From an uncultured virus (IMG/VR IMGVR_UViG_3300032086_001957) (Duplodnaviria > Heunggongvirae > Uroviricota > Caudoviricetes): a stretch of DNA of 64,000 nucleotides. Each line of letters starts with the position of its first letter. Within the stretch, counting starts at the first letter, position 1. Below are positions 9,488 to 19,674 of the stretch, one piece after another. Below the pieces are notes generated by a model that saw only the letters and a program-made list of their open reading frames with translations, was not told where the DNA came from and did no database searches. Location: the IMG/VR virus record IMGVR_UViG_3300032086_001957. One strand, given 5' to 3'. The translations under genes were made by a program, and so were the position numbers.

Positions 9488-10987
9488 TTAATTTTCATCA
9501 TCTACTGGTTCTTCATCACCAGCATCTTCAGATTCGTTTTCAATTTGTTTGTTAATATCTTCTATTTCTTCGTCATTCATTCTTAAAATATTTTTCTTAA
9601 TATACTCTTTAGAAAAATACTGTCCAACATAAGGTTCTATTTGACTTAACATTTCAAGTCTTTCTCTCATAACTTCTGCGTTTTTGAGTTCTGTAAAATG
9701 ACCATCTTGTAAAAAGTCAAACTGAATGTTTTCTTTAAATAGAGGCCATTCATCAATTGCAATAATACCTTTTAACACTAATTGTGTTTTTAACATATCA
9801 GTAAACAAAACTGTAAACTTCTTACGAAGTTTCTGAACAAATTTTGTAAACTTCAATTCATCTCTTGTTATGTTATCAGAACGACCTATCTGAAATCCTG
9901 TTTCTTCTGCAAGTCTTGTTACTGGAACATTTAATGAACGATATAATTTTCTTTGAAAATATTTAATATCATCTATCTCACCAAGATTAGAACCGCCTGG
10001 TAATGTTGTGATCTCTGTACCACGACCACCCTCTCTACGAGGCAACCAAAAATCTTCTAACATTGACATATGATTTCTATCGTCACGAATCTCACCTGTA
10101 CTTGCATCATAAACAAGTTTGTTTCTATAACGATTCATTACATCTTTAAGATAAGCTTCTGCTTTAATTTTTGGTAAATTACCAACATCAATGTAAAAAA
10201 TTCTTCTTTCAGGAGCTCTTGAAATACGATAGATAACTAAAGAATCTTCAATCATTCTTAATTGATTGACTGGTTTGATTGCTTTGTGTAAATGTGATAG
10301 AACAGTACCTTTGTGCATATCTACCAAACCAGATGGACAATATGAAACTGAATCAGGTGATATCTTCAATCCTTGTGAAGTTGATTTACCATTACCTGAA
10401 GCATTAAATAGATAATATTCTTGTGTTCTTTTTGTTAAATCAAGACCAGTTCTTCTGTCTTTGTCAACAATTTGTTCTCTTACTTTTTTTATTTTTCTAG
10501 GGTCAATATATCTTACTTCTTGAATACCCTTTCTTGGTGATTTTTCATCAATAATTTTATGATAAAATAATCTACCGTCAACATACCATCTTCTAAAGAT
10601 GTCATGTCCTTTTGCATTAAAATCTAATAAACGCAAAACTTCGTCAAATTCCTCACGAATTTTTTGTTTAATTGTTTGTGAAATATCGAATTTATCTAAC
10701 GATAACGATACTGACTGTCCTCTTTCATCAGATACTATGGCTTCATTTGTGATGTCCTCTATTGCACTATCACATTCAGCTTGTTGTGCAATATCACGAT
10801 ATCTTCTAATGAGGTCTAGTTCAGTTGCATCTCGACCGTCAGTCGATAAAACTGAAGAATAAAAACCACCACCTGCGATATCTATCGTTCCGTCATCAGC
10901 AGAAGGTGGTGCAACACTCTGTGCTACACCACTTGTCTGTTTGTCATTTTTCGCCCTAGTAATTCTGAAACCGAATAACTCTGCCAT
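9488..10987 (-). CDS. gp20: Portal protein gp20
   Basis: YRISRAPERRIFYIDVGNLPK, EDFWLPRREGGRGTEITTLPGG. Confidence 0.99.
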   Translation of the reverse strand: MAELFGFRITRAKNDKQTSGVAQSVAPPSADDGTIDIAGGGFYSSVLSTDGRDATELDLIRRYRDIAQQAECDSAIEDITNEAIVSDERGQSVSLSLDKFDISQTIKQKIREEFDEVLRLLDFNAKGHDIFRRWYVDGRLFYHKIIDEKSPRKGIQEVRYIDPRKIKKVREQIVDKDRRTGLDLTKRTQEYYLFNASGNGKSTSQGLKISPDSVSYCPSGLVDMHKGTVLSHLHKAIKPVNQLRMIEDSLVIYRISRAPERRIFYIDVGNLPKIKAEAYLKDVMNRYRNKLVYDASTGEIRDDRNHMSMLEDFWLPRREGGRGTEITTLPGGSNLGEIDDIKYFQRKLYRSLNVPVTRLAEETGFQIGRSDNITRDELKFTKFVQKLRKKFTVLFTDMLKTQLVLKGIIAIDEWPLFKENIQFDFLQDGHFTELKNAEVMRERLEMLSQIEPYVGQYFSKEYIKKNILRMNDEEIEDINKQIENESEDAGDEEPVDDEN

Positions 10988-11030
10988 TCTATAATTCTCC
11001 TATTCTTTCTACTTATTTAGTATACTTGAA

Positions 11031-11555
11031 TTAGACACTACTTGCAGAGAATGAAGTATATCTCCATGTTACATCAAAAGTTTCAATATCACTAACTGTA
11101 TCATATGATAACTCGATAGGTGCTAGAATTGTAGGCCAACAATTTGTTAACACATATGATTTCAATAAGTTGTCATCTCTGTCTAACTGTTCAACTGTTA
11201 CTTGAGCAGTATAGTCTGCAACATTATTAAGACCAACATTAGTTTCTAAATCGTTGATTCCAGACATCCATCTTTCTATTGCGTTTCTAACCATAAAGTC
11301 TGTGTCGTTAAGTACAGTAGTAGTCCATGTTTCAAATGTCCTATCACCAGCAATAAACAACTGTCTACCTCTGAAATTTACAGTAATTTCAGGAATAGTT
11401 TGACCAGGCAATGAAGTCGCTTTTACTAAAAATTGAGTTCTATTAGAATCAAGACCTGTTGCAATTGCACCAGGCGTTGTCATTATCACCCTATACTGAT
11501 TAGCTCTAGCACCACCACCGATTAGGTTAGATTTAAAATCGTCAATACTTGCCAT
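11031..11555 (-). CDS. gp19: Tail tube protein gp19
   Basis: GGGARANQY, FRGRQLFIAGDRTFETWTTTVLND. Confidence 0.96.
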   Translation of the reverse strand: MASIDDFKSNLIGGGARANQYRVIMTTPGAIATGLDSNRTQFLVKATSLPGQTIPEITVNFRGRQLFIAGDRTFETWTTTVLNDTDFMVRNAIERWMSGINDLETNVGLNNVADYTAQVTVEQLDRDDNLLKSYVLTNCWPTILAPIELSYDTVSDIETFDVTWRYTSFSASSV

Positions 11556-11569
11556 TTTTTATCTCCCTA

Positions 11570-13522
11570 TTAACCGCCAACTTCGCTAAATGAAACACCA
11601 GTTCTCACAGCGATAAAGTTTAATGTTATAAAGTTAATTGAACGAGCAGGTTTGATGAATATATCTGCAACAAACTCATTTCTATCAATTACTTCTCCTG
11701 TATTATTTGTTTCGTCACAGACAACAGAAAAGTCTGTAATACCTCTACGACCTTGAACATCTCTCAAGAAAGGTTCTACTAAATTTCTAAATTGTGCTCT
11801 TGAGAATACATCATTAAACTCAAAGAGTTGATATTTAGCTGCTGTTGCAATCGCTTTTTCAAGAACCAAGAATAATCTTCTAACATTGATTCTATCAAAT
11901 GCACTTGGTTTTGCAAGAGCAGTTTTATCACCAAACAAGACTGTACCTTGGCCTGGGAATGTGCAGACAGGATTAATTCTTGCAGGATAAAGTATATCTC
12001 TTTCTGATTTAGTAGGATTAAATGCAAGTTTAACTGCACCACGAATCTGACCTCTGTTGTAACCACCTGGCGAGAACCAAGGGTCTGCAACATTATCTGT
12101 ATTTGCGGCTAGTCCTGCAATATCACCATTCAATGGTACATATCTGTAGACATCATTGTATTTGTCGTACATATACTTGTAACCAGAATCGAATACTGCA
12201 TAAGAGGAACTTGATAATGAATCAAAGAATCCTTTGACATTACCAGTCTGTGCAAATCCAGTAGTTACACCAACAACATCAGCTCTTCTTGGTGATATGA
12301 AACCAACACAATCTTTTCTTGATTCACATAAATCAATAATCATTGTTGCGTGTGTAATACCGTCAGTTGATGCTGGTGAAGTACCTGCCATAACTAAATT
12401 TACATCTACTGTATCAACATCTGCAAATTTGTCATATGCAAGTTCTAACTCACCAATTGTAGGTGTGTCATCAGTTCCACCACCAAGAGTGTCTTTTAAA
12501 ACACCTGCTTTACCAGCAGTTGATGCAAATGTAGTTCCTGATGCTGGGTCTGTTCCTGCATTTGTTAGTGATGCATCATGATCCATCCATCTAACATAAC
12601 TAGAACCAACATTTACTACATTTTTATAGAAGTTTGTTCCACCTTGAGGTGTTTTACTACTTAATGCTTGTGATACAAATGGGAATGTTTCTAATACTGC
12701 GTTTGTTCTTTGACCAGCTAAATCTGTATCAAATCCAGTAATACCACCTGTGTAATCAAAAACAACAATGTGCATCTCATCAGATGAAAGACCTCTATCA
12801 GTTGCATATTGTGATGTGCCAGGAGCACCATCAAATAAATCGTAGTATTGCCATCTTCTGCGAATAGCAGTATTATCTGCAATTGCAGATTTTAAACCAC
12901 CACCGTTTGCATTGTCTAATTGTCTAACAGTTAAATCGTTTGTTGCGATTGCAGTAACTTCATACTGTTGTCCAGTAGTTTCTTGAAAGTAAACAATGTC
13001 ACCAACATTAAATTCAGTTCCATCATCTACTGTAATAGTTGTATCACCAGCGGCAACATCTGCTTGGTCAACAAGTGAAGTTGTTGTTTGTTCGTATGCA
13101 GTTGCATTTGAACATATTGATACACCTAACGCATTACCCCAAGTGCCTGGGAATCTTGCAGCCCATTCACCACTAGAACCAGAACCATCTTCGTAATTAT
13201 TTTCGTAATCATCATCATTTTTAATTTTTAGACCAACACCGTCTGCTGTAGCATTAACAGCGGCTGTATCTGCACGAACAACACGCAAAGCGTTGCCGTA
13301 TTGTAAAAAATTGGCGGCGGTAAAAAATGTTTCAAAATTATCTGAATTAGGTTTACCAAAAATTTGAACGAGTTCTTCCTCTGAACCAATTGGAACAATT
13401 TCTTCTACTGGCCCTTTTGGGAATCCAGCAGCAATTGCACCGATTGATGTAGCAACAGCAGGAACAACATTCGTTAAATCAATCTCTTTTACGAGAACGC
13501 CAGGGGATACTTGAAATGCCAT
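11570..13522 (-). CDS. gp18: Tail sheath protein gp18
   Basis: MAFQVSPGVLVKEID, PWFSPGGYNRG, FDRINVRRLF, IKPARSINFITLNF. Confidence 0.98.
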   Translation of the reverse strand: MAFQVSPGVLVKEIDLTNVVPAVATSIGAIAAGFPKGPVEEIVPIGSEEELVQIFGKPNSDNFETFFTAANFLQYGNALRVVRADTAAVNATADGVGLKIKNDDDYENNYEDGSGSSGEWAARFPGTWGNALGVSICSNATAYEQTTTSLVDQADVAAGDTTITVDDGTEFNVGDIVYFQETTGQQYEVTAIATNDLTVRQLDNANGGGLKSAIADNTAIRRRWQYYDLFDGAPGTSQYATDRGLSSDEMHIVVFDYTGGITGFDTDLAGQRTNAVLETFPFVSQALSSKTPQGGTNFYKNVVNVGSSYVRWMDHDASLTNAGTDPASGTTFASTAGKAGVLKDTLGGGTDDTPTIGELELAYDKFADVDTVDVNLVMAGTSPASTDGITHATMIIDLCESRKDCVGFISPRRADVVGVTTGFAQTGNVKGFFDSLSSSSYAVFDSGYKYMYDKYNDVYRYVPLNGDIAGLAANTDNVADPWFSPGGYNRGQIRGAVKLAFNPTKSERDILYPARINPVCTFPGQGTVLFGDKTALAKPSAFDRINVRRLFLVLEKAIATAAKYQLFEFNDVFSRAQFRNLVEPFLRDVQGRRGITDFSVVCDETNNTGEVIDRNEFVADIFIKPARSINFITLNFIAVRTGVSFSEVGG

Positions 13523-13577
13523 CTCTGTTTCTCCTTATGGATTATATAATATAAATTTCAATTTTTTCATTTAATTA

Positions 13578-13585
13578 TATTTATA
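13578..13585 (-). promoter_or_regulatory. T4 late promoter for gp18
   Basis: TATAAATA. Confidence 0.8.
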
Positions 13586-13628
13586 AAAAAGACTATCTTA
13601 AAAACACATTTTTATAGAACAACTGACA

Positions 13629-13636
13629 TATAAATA
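13629..13636 (+). promoter_or_regulatory. T4 late promoter for the plus-strand HNH-like gene
   Basis: TATAAATA 5 nt before ATG at 13642. Confidence 0.7.
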
Positions 13637-13641
13637 TATTC

Positions 13642-13947
13642 ATGTCAAGTCATTACGAAAAATATAAAGAAACAATCAAAAGAGTTTTCAAAAGAAACTA
13701 CAGAAAAAGAACGATTTGGGTAAATGAATATTTGTCTGATAAGTTTTGTACATACTGTGGTGAATCTGAAAATGCGTGTTTACAATTTCACCCACATGAG
13801 AAAGAAATTAGAAGAACAACACGAAAGAAAGGTTTGAACGAAGAAGCTAGGAGAGATATTCTAAAACTTATGAAAACATCTAAAATTGTTTGTGCGAATT
13901 GTTATTTAAAGTTAGAGAATGAAATTATTGAAGATTTACCAATCTGA
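13642..13947 (+). CDS. HNH-derived zinc-binding protein, catalytic motif degenerate
   Basis: CTYCG...LQFHP...VCANCY; the only credible plus-strand gene in the window. Confidence 0.7.
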   Translation: MSSHYEKYKETIKRVFKRNYRKRTIWVNEYLSDKFCTYCGESENACLQFHPHEKEIRRTTRKKGLNEEARRDILKLMKTSKIVCANCYLKLENEIIEDLPI

Positions 13948-15579
13948 ATCATGCGTTCTTACAACTGGTGACCATACTGTTCCATATTCATCAGTCATCT
14001 TTTCACCATAATTATCTAAACCATCATCAATAAAACCAAAAGGCGCCATGTCTTGTTCTAGTTGATTTTGTTGTTCTGCATACATTCTTGCACGAATATC
14101 ATCATCAGTTAACTCTTTAAAGTATGTTTGTTGTACTAACCATGAAAATAATACACAGCACATAATTAAATCATCTGTATGACCTTCTTCAGCCTCGTAA
14201 GATTGACCTCTTAATGAAAATGTAGAAAATTCATTGATTAAATTGTAATCTTGTATGATAAGTTTATCAGTTTCTACAATCTGTTTTAAATTAGAACAAC
14301 CCATCTTTTTGACTGCTTTTGTTGTTCTGACACCTAATTGTGAACGACCACCAGAGAAACCTGCACCTACTATTTGACCTGCACGACCTCTCATAGATGA
14401 CATTATCATATTTTCATATTCTAAATCAAATTGTAGTGCATTTGCAACTTGGTCACCTATATCATTGATTTCAACTAAAATATGTGCAAGATTATAGTTT
14501 GTTGCAACTTGTTTAATAATATTTGGGAACAATAAAGGTTTTATCTCATTATTTCTATATGTTGCAACAATTGTATATGGTATTTGTGTAACATCAAATA
14601 CAACAAATGCAGAATAATCGTTTTGAATACCTCTTGCAACATCAGCTACTAAAACATATTGATGACCATTTACTTTTTGTTTGTAAATAGAAAGACCTGC
14701 ATTTTTTGTTAATGGTTCTGCATATGTCATTGATTTAATCTTATGTGGTGCAACTAATGTGTTTGTAGAACCTAAAAACTCACATTCAAACTCTCTTTTG
14801 AATTGTTCTTCAGATGTATTTGCAATAGTTTCTTGTTTCCACTTCTCATCTCTACCAGGCACTTCACTCCAATGCACATCAATAATATTATAAGAGTTTC
14901 TTTTGTTTTCTGCATCAGTCCATAGTTTGTAATACAGATTCATACCATTAGGTGTTGATACAATAATAACTTTTGTAGATTTACCAGATGATATTGTAGG
15001 ATATACAGATGAAAAGAAATCTTCTGCAACATTATTAGGAACAAATGCGAACTCATCTAAAAATATCATATTGTATGAACCACCACGAACTGCACTTGAT
15101 GATGTAGATGATGCAACTACCCTAGAACCATTTTCTAATTCTAATGAACCTTTATTCCATGACATTACACCTTGTTGTAACCATTTTGGTAAATTTTCAT
15201 ATGCAAGTTGTAATCGAGAAAGAATATCTCTTGCAGTAGAAGCTTTGTTTGCAAGTATCGCTACATTCATATTTGAATTGAAAACAACATAATGTAATAT
15301 GTAAGATACTAATGTTGTAGATTTACCTGACTGTCGAGGTAGTTTGCAGATTGTAAAACGATTGTTATGAATTGTATCAACCATTTCTTTTTGAAACTGA
15401 AACATATCAAATGGAACTAAACCGTGGTCTAGTGATACAATCTTTATGTAGTTTTCAATAAAGTGTAAAGGACTTTCCATACACTTTTGAAACTCGATAA
15501 TTTGTTCTTCTGTCCATTCGACAGAAACATTTGCTTTCTTTAGTAGGGGATTACCGAGATAATGGTCAATATTTTGCAT
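13936..15579 (-). CDS. gp17: Terminase large subunit gp17
   Basis: PRQSGKST, IFLDEFAF, STPNG, DVARG...DYSAF, HTDDL. Confidence 0.98.
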   Translation of the reverse strand: MQNIDHYLGNPLLKKANVSVEWTEEQIIEFQKCMESPLHFIENYIKIVSLDHGLVPFDMFQFQKEMVDTIHNNRFTICKLPRQSGKSTTLVSYILHYVVFNSNMNVAILANKASTARDILSRLQLAYENLPKWLQQGVMSWNKGSLELENGSRVVASSTSSSAVRGGSYNMIFLDEFAFVPNNVAEDFFSSVYPTISSGKSTKVIIVSTPNGMNLYYKLWTDAENKRNSYNIIDVHWSEVPGRDEKWKQETIANTSEEQFKREFECEFLGSTNTLVAPHKIKSMTYAEPLTKNAGLSIYKQKVNGHQYVLVADVARGIQNDYSAFVVFDVTQIPYTIVATYRNNEIKPLLFPNIIKQVATNYNLAHILVEINDIGDQVANALQFDLEYENMIMSSMRGRAGQIVGAGFSGGRSQLGVRTTKAVKKMGCSNLKQIVETDKLIIQDYNLINEFSTFSLRGQSYEAEEGHTDDLIMCCVLFSWLVQQTYFKELTDDDIRARMYAEQQNQLEQDMAPFGFIDDGLDNYGEKMTDEYGTVWSPVVRTHDSDW

Positions 15580-15588
15580 AACATATTT

Positions 15589-16170
15589 TTATCCAATTAA
15601 GTAAAGATAAAATGATGATACAGTAAAAGTACCTGAATCACCATAATAACTAACATTATTTTCTGACATAAGGCGTACATTATCATTAGCAGCTAGAGGT
15701 ATTATTGCATTACCAGAAGGATTTGACCAAGTTTCACCAGTAGCTTGATTTCCATACCCAAGTCTAAATTGAACTACATCATTAATTTTTAAATATATTC
15801 CTGAATTACCTTGATGAATCATTGAAATACCAACCTGATATAATCCAGCTACAGGTACATTTAATACACCTAATGGTGTATGAGTAATACCATTTGAACT
15901 ATATGTTCTCCATTGTGTAATAGTTGCATTAGCGGCATATGTTGTAGTGGAATCATGTAATAGTTGAATATATGGAATATTACCTCTAAACGATCTACCA
16001 CTTGAATCAACTTGAATACTATTGGCAGTAGCACTTGCATCAATATTCAAAGGATAATTTGCACCAGAACCAACAACTGTACCTGATGCAGTTGGAACTG
16101 TTAGGTTTTTAAGATTAGTAGCATCTACAGTTGTGGTAGTTACTCCTGTACTTGTAATGGTTGTTGGCAT
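15589..16170 (-). CDS. C1q/TNF-like domain fibre protein inserted between terminase genes
   Basis: VPVAGLYQV, LAANDNVRL, FYLYLIG end; N-terminal segment shared with 37975-38544. Confidence 0.7.
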   Translation of the reverse strand: MPTTITSTGVTTTTVDATNLKNLTVPTASGTVVGSGANYPLNIDASATANSIQVDSSGRSFRGNIPYIQLLHDSTTTYAANATITQWRTYSSNGITHTPLGVLNVPVAGLYQVGISMIHQGNSGIYLKINDVVQFRLGYGNQATGETWSNPSGNAIIPLAANDNVRLMSENNVSYYGDSGTFTVSSFYLYLIG

Positions 16171-16590
16171 TTATTTCTTTCCTTTTAACAATTTTTGTAA
16201 TTCGGCTGTTGAACCTACAAAAAGTGCATTAGTTACATTCTTTGGTGCATTACTAGGAACATCTTTCAGTTTTTTCATCTTCTCTTGTAAATCACCAAGT
16301 TTCTCTGTCACTTCTGCAACTTGTTTTATTAAGTTACCTGCAACCTCATATGTTCTTGGGTGTTCAGATTCTCTTGCAAGCTCTAAAATACCATCTATTG
16401 CGTCTTGACCTCTTTCGACTAGATTATAAAAGTTTTCTCTTTGATACTTATAATCATTGTCAATGTCATCATTATTTGTTTTAACAACAACTGGTTTCTT
16501 TACTACTTCTTTTGTAGTAGTAGACATTGCATTATCTACAACATCAGTTATACCTAATACTCCGTCTAGAACTTCAGTTGACTTACTCAT
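16171..16590 (-). CDS. gp16: Terminase small subunit gp16
   Basis: ESEHPRTYEVAGNLIK, NALFVGSTAELQKLLK. Confidence 0.95.
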   Translation of the reverse strand: MSKSTEVLDGVLGITDVVDNAMSTTTKEVVKKPVVVKTNNDDIDNDYKYQRENFYNLVERGQDAIDGILELARESEHPRTYEVAGNLIKQVAEVTEKLGDLQEKMKKLKDVPSNAPKNVTNALFVGSTAELQKLLKGKK

Positions 16591-17407
16591 CTTCGTCAGT
16601 TACTGGATTGTATGTTTTTGCATCTTCAAAGAATGATGCAGTTTCATTAAATCCAAAGTTATCATCATCATTAGGATCAAACACAGCAGGTGAAACATTT
16701 GCTGGGTCTGGTGCAACTGTATATCTCTGTTCTCTCTTTGGAGAATTAACAGGCATATCTGTATACTGGTCAACTTGAACACTACGAATAACATTTGTAG
16801 AAGTGATTGGGCCGTATAGAAAATACTTTGCAGTAAAACTCATTGTATAAATTATAGCTCTTCTACTTGTAAATTCACCCTCGTAATTATCTTCATAGTT
16901 GATACTGTTTAATACAATAGGAACATCTCTGATAATATCTAACTCTGGAACTTCTCTCATTGTTACAGTATATTCTGGTTGAAAATATGGTAGTATTTGT
17001 TCTACGATTTGTAGTGCATCATCAGATTGTTTTGCCATTACATATAATTCAAAATTAATATTATAAGGAACAGGCATAAATCCTGACTTTAATTGGTCAT
17101 AATCAACACCATCAACTTTTTTCTTGACTTTGATTATTTTATTTAATTTTCTTGCAGTATCATATTCAATACCAGATATTTCAAAACCTAATCTTGGTAA
17201 TGTTACTGCAACTTTTTTATTTAAATTTGGATCTTCCTGTAGTCTTGATAACCATTTTTGTTTAGGCCCATATGCTAATGGAACTTTCATAGTCTGGGTT
17301 ACATTACCAGAACTATCTTTCTTTGCAATTTGCACTCTGTTAAAAAGTGTTCCAAATGCAACTACTACATTTCTTGTCGCTTCGTTATAAAAATATTGTC
17401 CTATCAT
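16583..17407 (-). CDS. gp15: Tail sheath stabiliser gp15
   Basis: VPLAYGPKQK, LPRLGFEI, PVPYNINFEL, QIVEQILPYFQP. Confidence 0.96.
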   Translation of the reverse strand: MIGQYFYNEATRNVVVAFGTLFNRVQIAKKDSSGNVTQTMKVPLAYGPKQKWLSRLQEDPNLNKKVAVTLPRLGFEISGIEYDTARKLNKIIKVKKKVDGVDYDQLKSGFMPVPYNINFELYVMAKQSDDALQIVEQILPYFQPEYTVTMREVPELDIIRDVPIVLNSINYEDNYEGEFTSRRAIIYTMSFTAKYFLYGPITSTNVIRSVQVDQYTDMPVNSPKREQRYTVAPDPANVSPAVFDPNDDDNFGFNETASFFEDAKTYNPVTDEDE

Positions 17408-17408
17408 A

Positions 17409-18275
17409 TCAATCTATCCCTGCATCTCCAAATGGGTTTGTTTCAGAAAAATCTAAAACATTATCATCTAATGTTGAATATAAATCATTTTGTGCTCTTT
17501 CATCTATTGAATCAAGAACATAAGATTCTAATATTATATATGATGCGTCTGCACCCTCTACTGGATTTTCTAATAATAAAGAACCATTATGTGTTTGTGT
17601 TTCTGTAATTAAATTATCACCTTCATCTGCATCTGCTGGATTTGTTCCATCTAATACAAGTAAACCTTCTCCACTTTCTAATCTAAATCCTTCAGTAAAT
17701 GTTGTTTGTTCTAATGTTACTTGATGTGCAAGTTGGTCTAAACTATTATCAGTTTCTATTGCATCAACTTCTGCAATACCAGTATCAATCTGTTCAGAAC
17801 CATATTCAAATGTCTTACACTTTAATTTATATGTTGGTAAGTTATGTACTTGGTAAAATGGATCATCATGATCTACAAAAGTAATCTCAAACATTTTTGA
17901 GGCTTTGGGAAAATAAATTAAATCACCTTCGTTTGGTCTTGAAGATACAATTAAATTATTATCAACTGAAACGAATTGTTCCCATCTTCTTCTTGCAACA
18001 ACAAATGTTGCATCATCTTTTATGTCTAAACCAAATTTAGACATTAATTCTTTTTCACCCTCATAACCATCTATGTTTTCCATGTACATTTCAATCAGGT
18101 ATGCGTCATCAAATGAAGATGATTCATCTTCACCAAATATTTTATCTTCGCTATTCATGTTTCTAGGAATATAGTAGACATCTTGCCCATAGATACGAAG
18201 CTGTTCTATGATTAAATCTTCATAGAGTGCTTGTTCTGGTTTTGTACCTGTGTCGAAATATACATTAGTAGGCAT
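17409..18275 (-). CDS. gp14: Neck protein gp14
   Basis: YGQDVYYIPR, RPNEGDLIYFP, DFSETNPFG. Confidence 0.95.
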   Translation of the reverse strand: MPTNVYFDTGTKPEQALYEDLIIEQLRIYGQDVYYIPRNMNSEDKIFGEDESSSFDDAYLIEMYMENIDGYEGEKELMSKFGLDIKDDATFVVARRRWEQFVSVDNNLIVSSRPNEGDLIYFPKASKMFEITFVDHDDPFYQVHNLPTYKLKCKTFEYGSEQIDTGIAEVDAIETDNSLDQLAHQVTLEQTTFTEGFRLESGEGLLVLDGTNPADADEGDNLITETQTHNGSLLLENPVEGADASYIILESYVLDSIDERAQNDLYSTLDDNVLDFSETNPFGDAGID

Positions 18276-18279
18276 TTAA

Positions 18280-19092
18280 TTATCCAATCATGTGCATTGG
18301 TGGTAACTCATATGCGAGTTGCATTTGTTCTTCTAGTTTATTTAATTCTTCTTGAGCTTGAGTATAAATCTGTTCACCGTTCAGAACAACACCACCTAAC
18401 ATTTGCACACCTTGGAATTTAGATAAGTTTGCACCCCATTGTTTTTTAATTAATTGAGTTGCATACTTCTTTAAGAAAATATCATTCCATACATCTGTGT
18501 ATGTAGCAGGGTCTAAATTTCTATAACATTCTATTACAATGTATTCATCAGCAGATACTGTCTGCCAATCCATGTCAAGATATAATCTGTTTTGATGTTG
18601 ATTATGTCTTATTGGTATTTCACCTACTAGAATATGGTCTAAAAAATCTAAATGTTGCATTGTCATCTGATAGTGTAAAACAGATGTCGAACTGAAATCA
18701 TATAAATCATTTAATCTTAATTGATATCTAACATCAAATAAGTTTTGCATACCTTTATCTGTAAAAGGAAAAACTTTTATAACAGACATAACTGATGTTG
18801 GAATAGGTATATAATTTTTTGCTTCTTTCCATGTTGCAGTTGTTGAACTATCAACATCAGTAACTTGAGTTAAGTTGTTATTAGAACGAGCTCGAGTAAT
18901 GTCAGCAGATGTTATTTGATATTTAAGATACATTCTCTCAATACCATCATAGTGATATTGTGCAAAGTATTGTAGTGCTTCGTCTATTCTATCGTCTATC
19001 TGATCTGGGTCTACATTTATTTCAATTACAGGTTTCCCTAATGCTCTTAAACAATATTCTTTAAATGTATCTCTTGTATTTGGAGTAGCCAT
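18280..19092 (-). CDS. gp13: Neck protein gp13
   Basis: YCLRALGKPVIEINVD, QWGANLSKF.GVQMLGGV.LNG. Confidence 0.96.
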   Translation of the reverse strand: MATPNTRDTFKEYCLRALGKPVIEINVDPDQIDDRIDEALQYFAQYHYDGIERMYLKYQITSADITRARSNNNLTQVTDVDSSTTATWKEAKNYIPIPTSVMSVIKVFPFTDKGMQNLFDVRYQLRLNDLYDFSSTSVLHYQMTMQHLDFLDHILVGEIPIRHNQHQNRLYLDMDWQTVSADEYIVIECYRNLDPATYTDVWNDIFLKKYATQLIKKQWGANLSKFQGVQMLGGVVLNGEQIYTQAQEELNKLEEQMQLAYELPPMHMIG

Positions 19093-19124
19093 TTAATTTT
19101 CCCTTTTAATTCTATTTATGTTAA

Positions 19125-19664
19125 TTAGAACTGCATCTCTGTAGTTTCTACTTTTGCAACCCAACGAATTGTCGTAGACGCTTGACCTGTACAAGTTAAT
19201 TTTAATGCACCTAGTGTTGTATCAGCACTTACATCTGCATCCCATGTTGATGCACCTGAATCTTGTGCTACAATTGTTTTAGTAACAGTTCCTACTAATG
19301 ATGTTGCAGCTGCATTTGCACCTCTCTTTATTAAACCCTCAAATGTAAATGCTTTTGAATCTCCACCAGCAGTTACTCCTGCAATTAATTCAATTCTAAA
19401 AAAATATGCACCATTGTTGTCTAATACTGGAATATTATCTGCGGCTACAGTAGTTGTGTTTTTTGTTGTTGGTGTAGTTGCAGTTGCATCAGTTGTTTGA
19501 CAGAATAATGTAAAATATCTTTGTTGTGCATTACCAGTTGTAATACCTGCATTTCCGTGTCCTGTTAATACGGCTGCACCTTCTACATCTCTGTCATCAC
19601 CGACTACACCAGCGATAACATCAAATATTTTTTTTACTATGTCTTTACTTTTAGTTTCTGCCAT
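19125..19664 (-). CDS. Putative virion structural protein
   Basis: Thr/Ala-rich beta protein; MAETKSK N-terminus resembles the two upstream genes. Confidence 0.6.
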   Translation of the reverse strand: MAETKSKDIVKKIFDVIAGVVGDDRDVEGAAVLTGHGNAGITTGNAQQRYFTLFCQTTDATATTPTTKNTTTVAADNIPVLDNNGAYFFRIELIAGVTAGGDSKAFTFEGLIKRGANAAATSLVGTVTKTIVAQDSGASTWDADVSADTTLGALKLTCTGQASTTIRWVAKVETTEMQF

Positions 19665-19674
19665 TATTAATTCC

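Noticed and set aside
2659..15579. Inteins or introns in uvsW, gp20, gp23 or gp17
   Set aside because: ORFs are continuous and of expected length, with no splicing motifs seen
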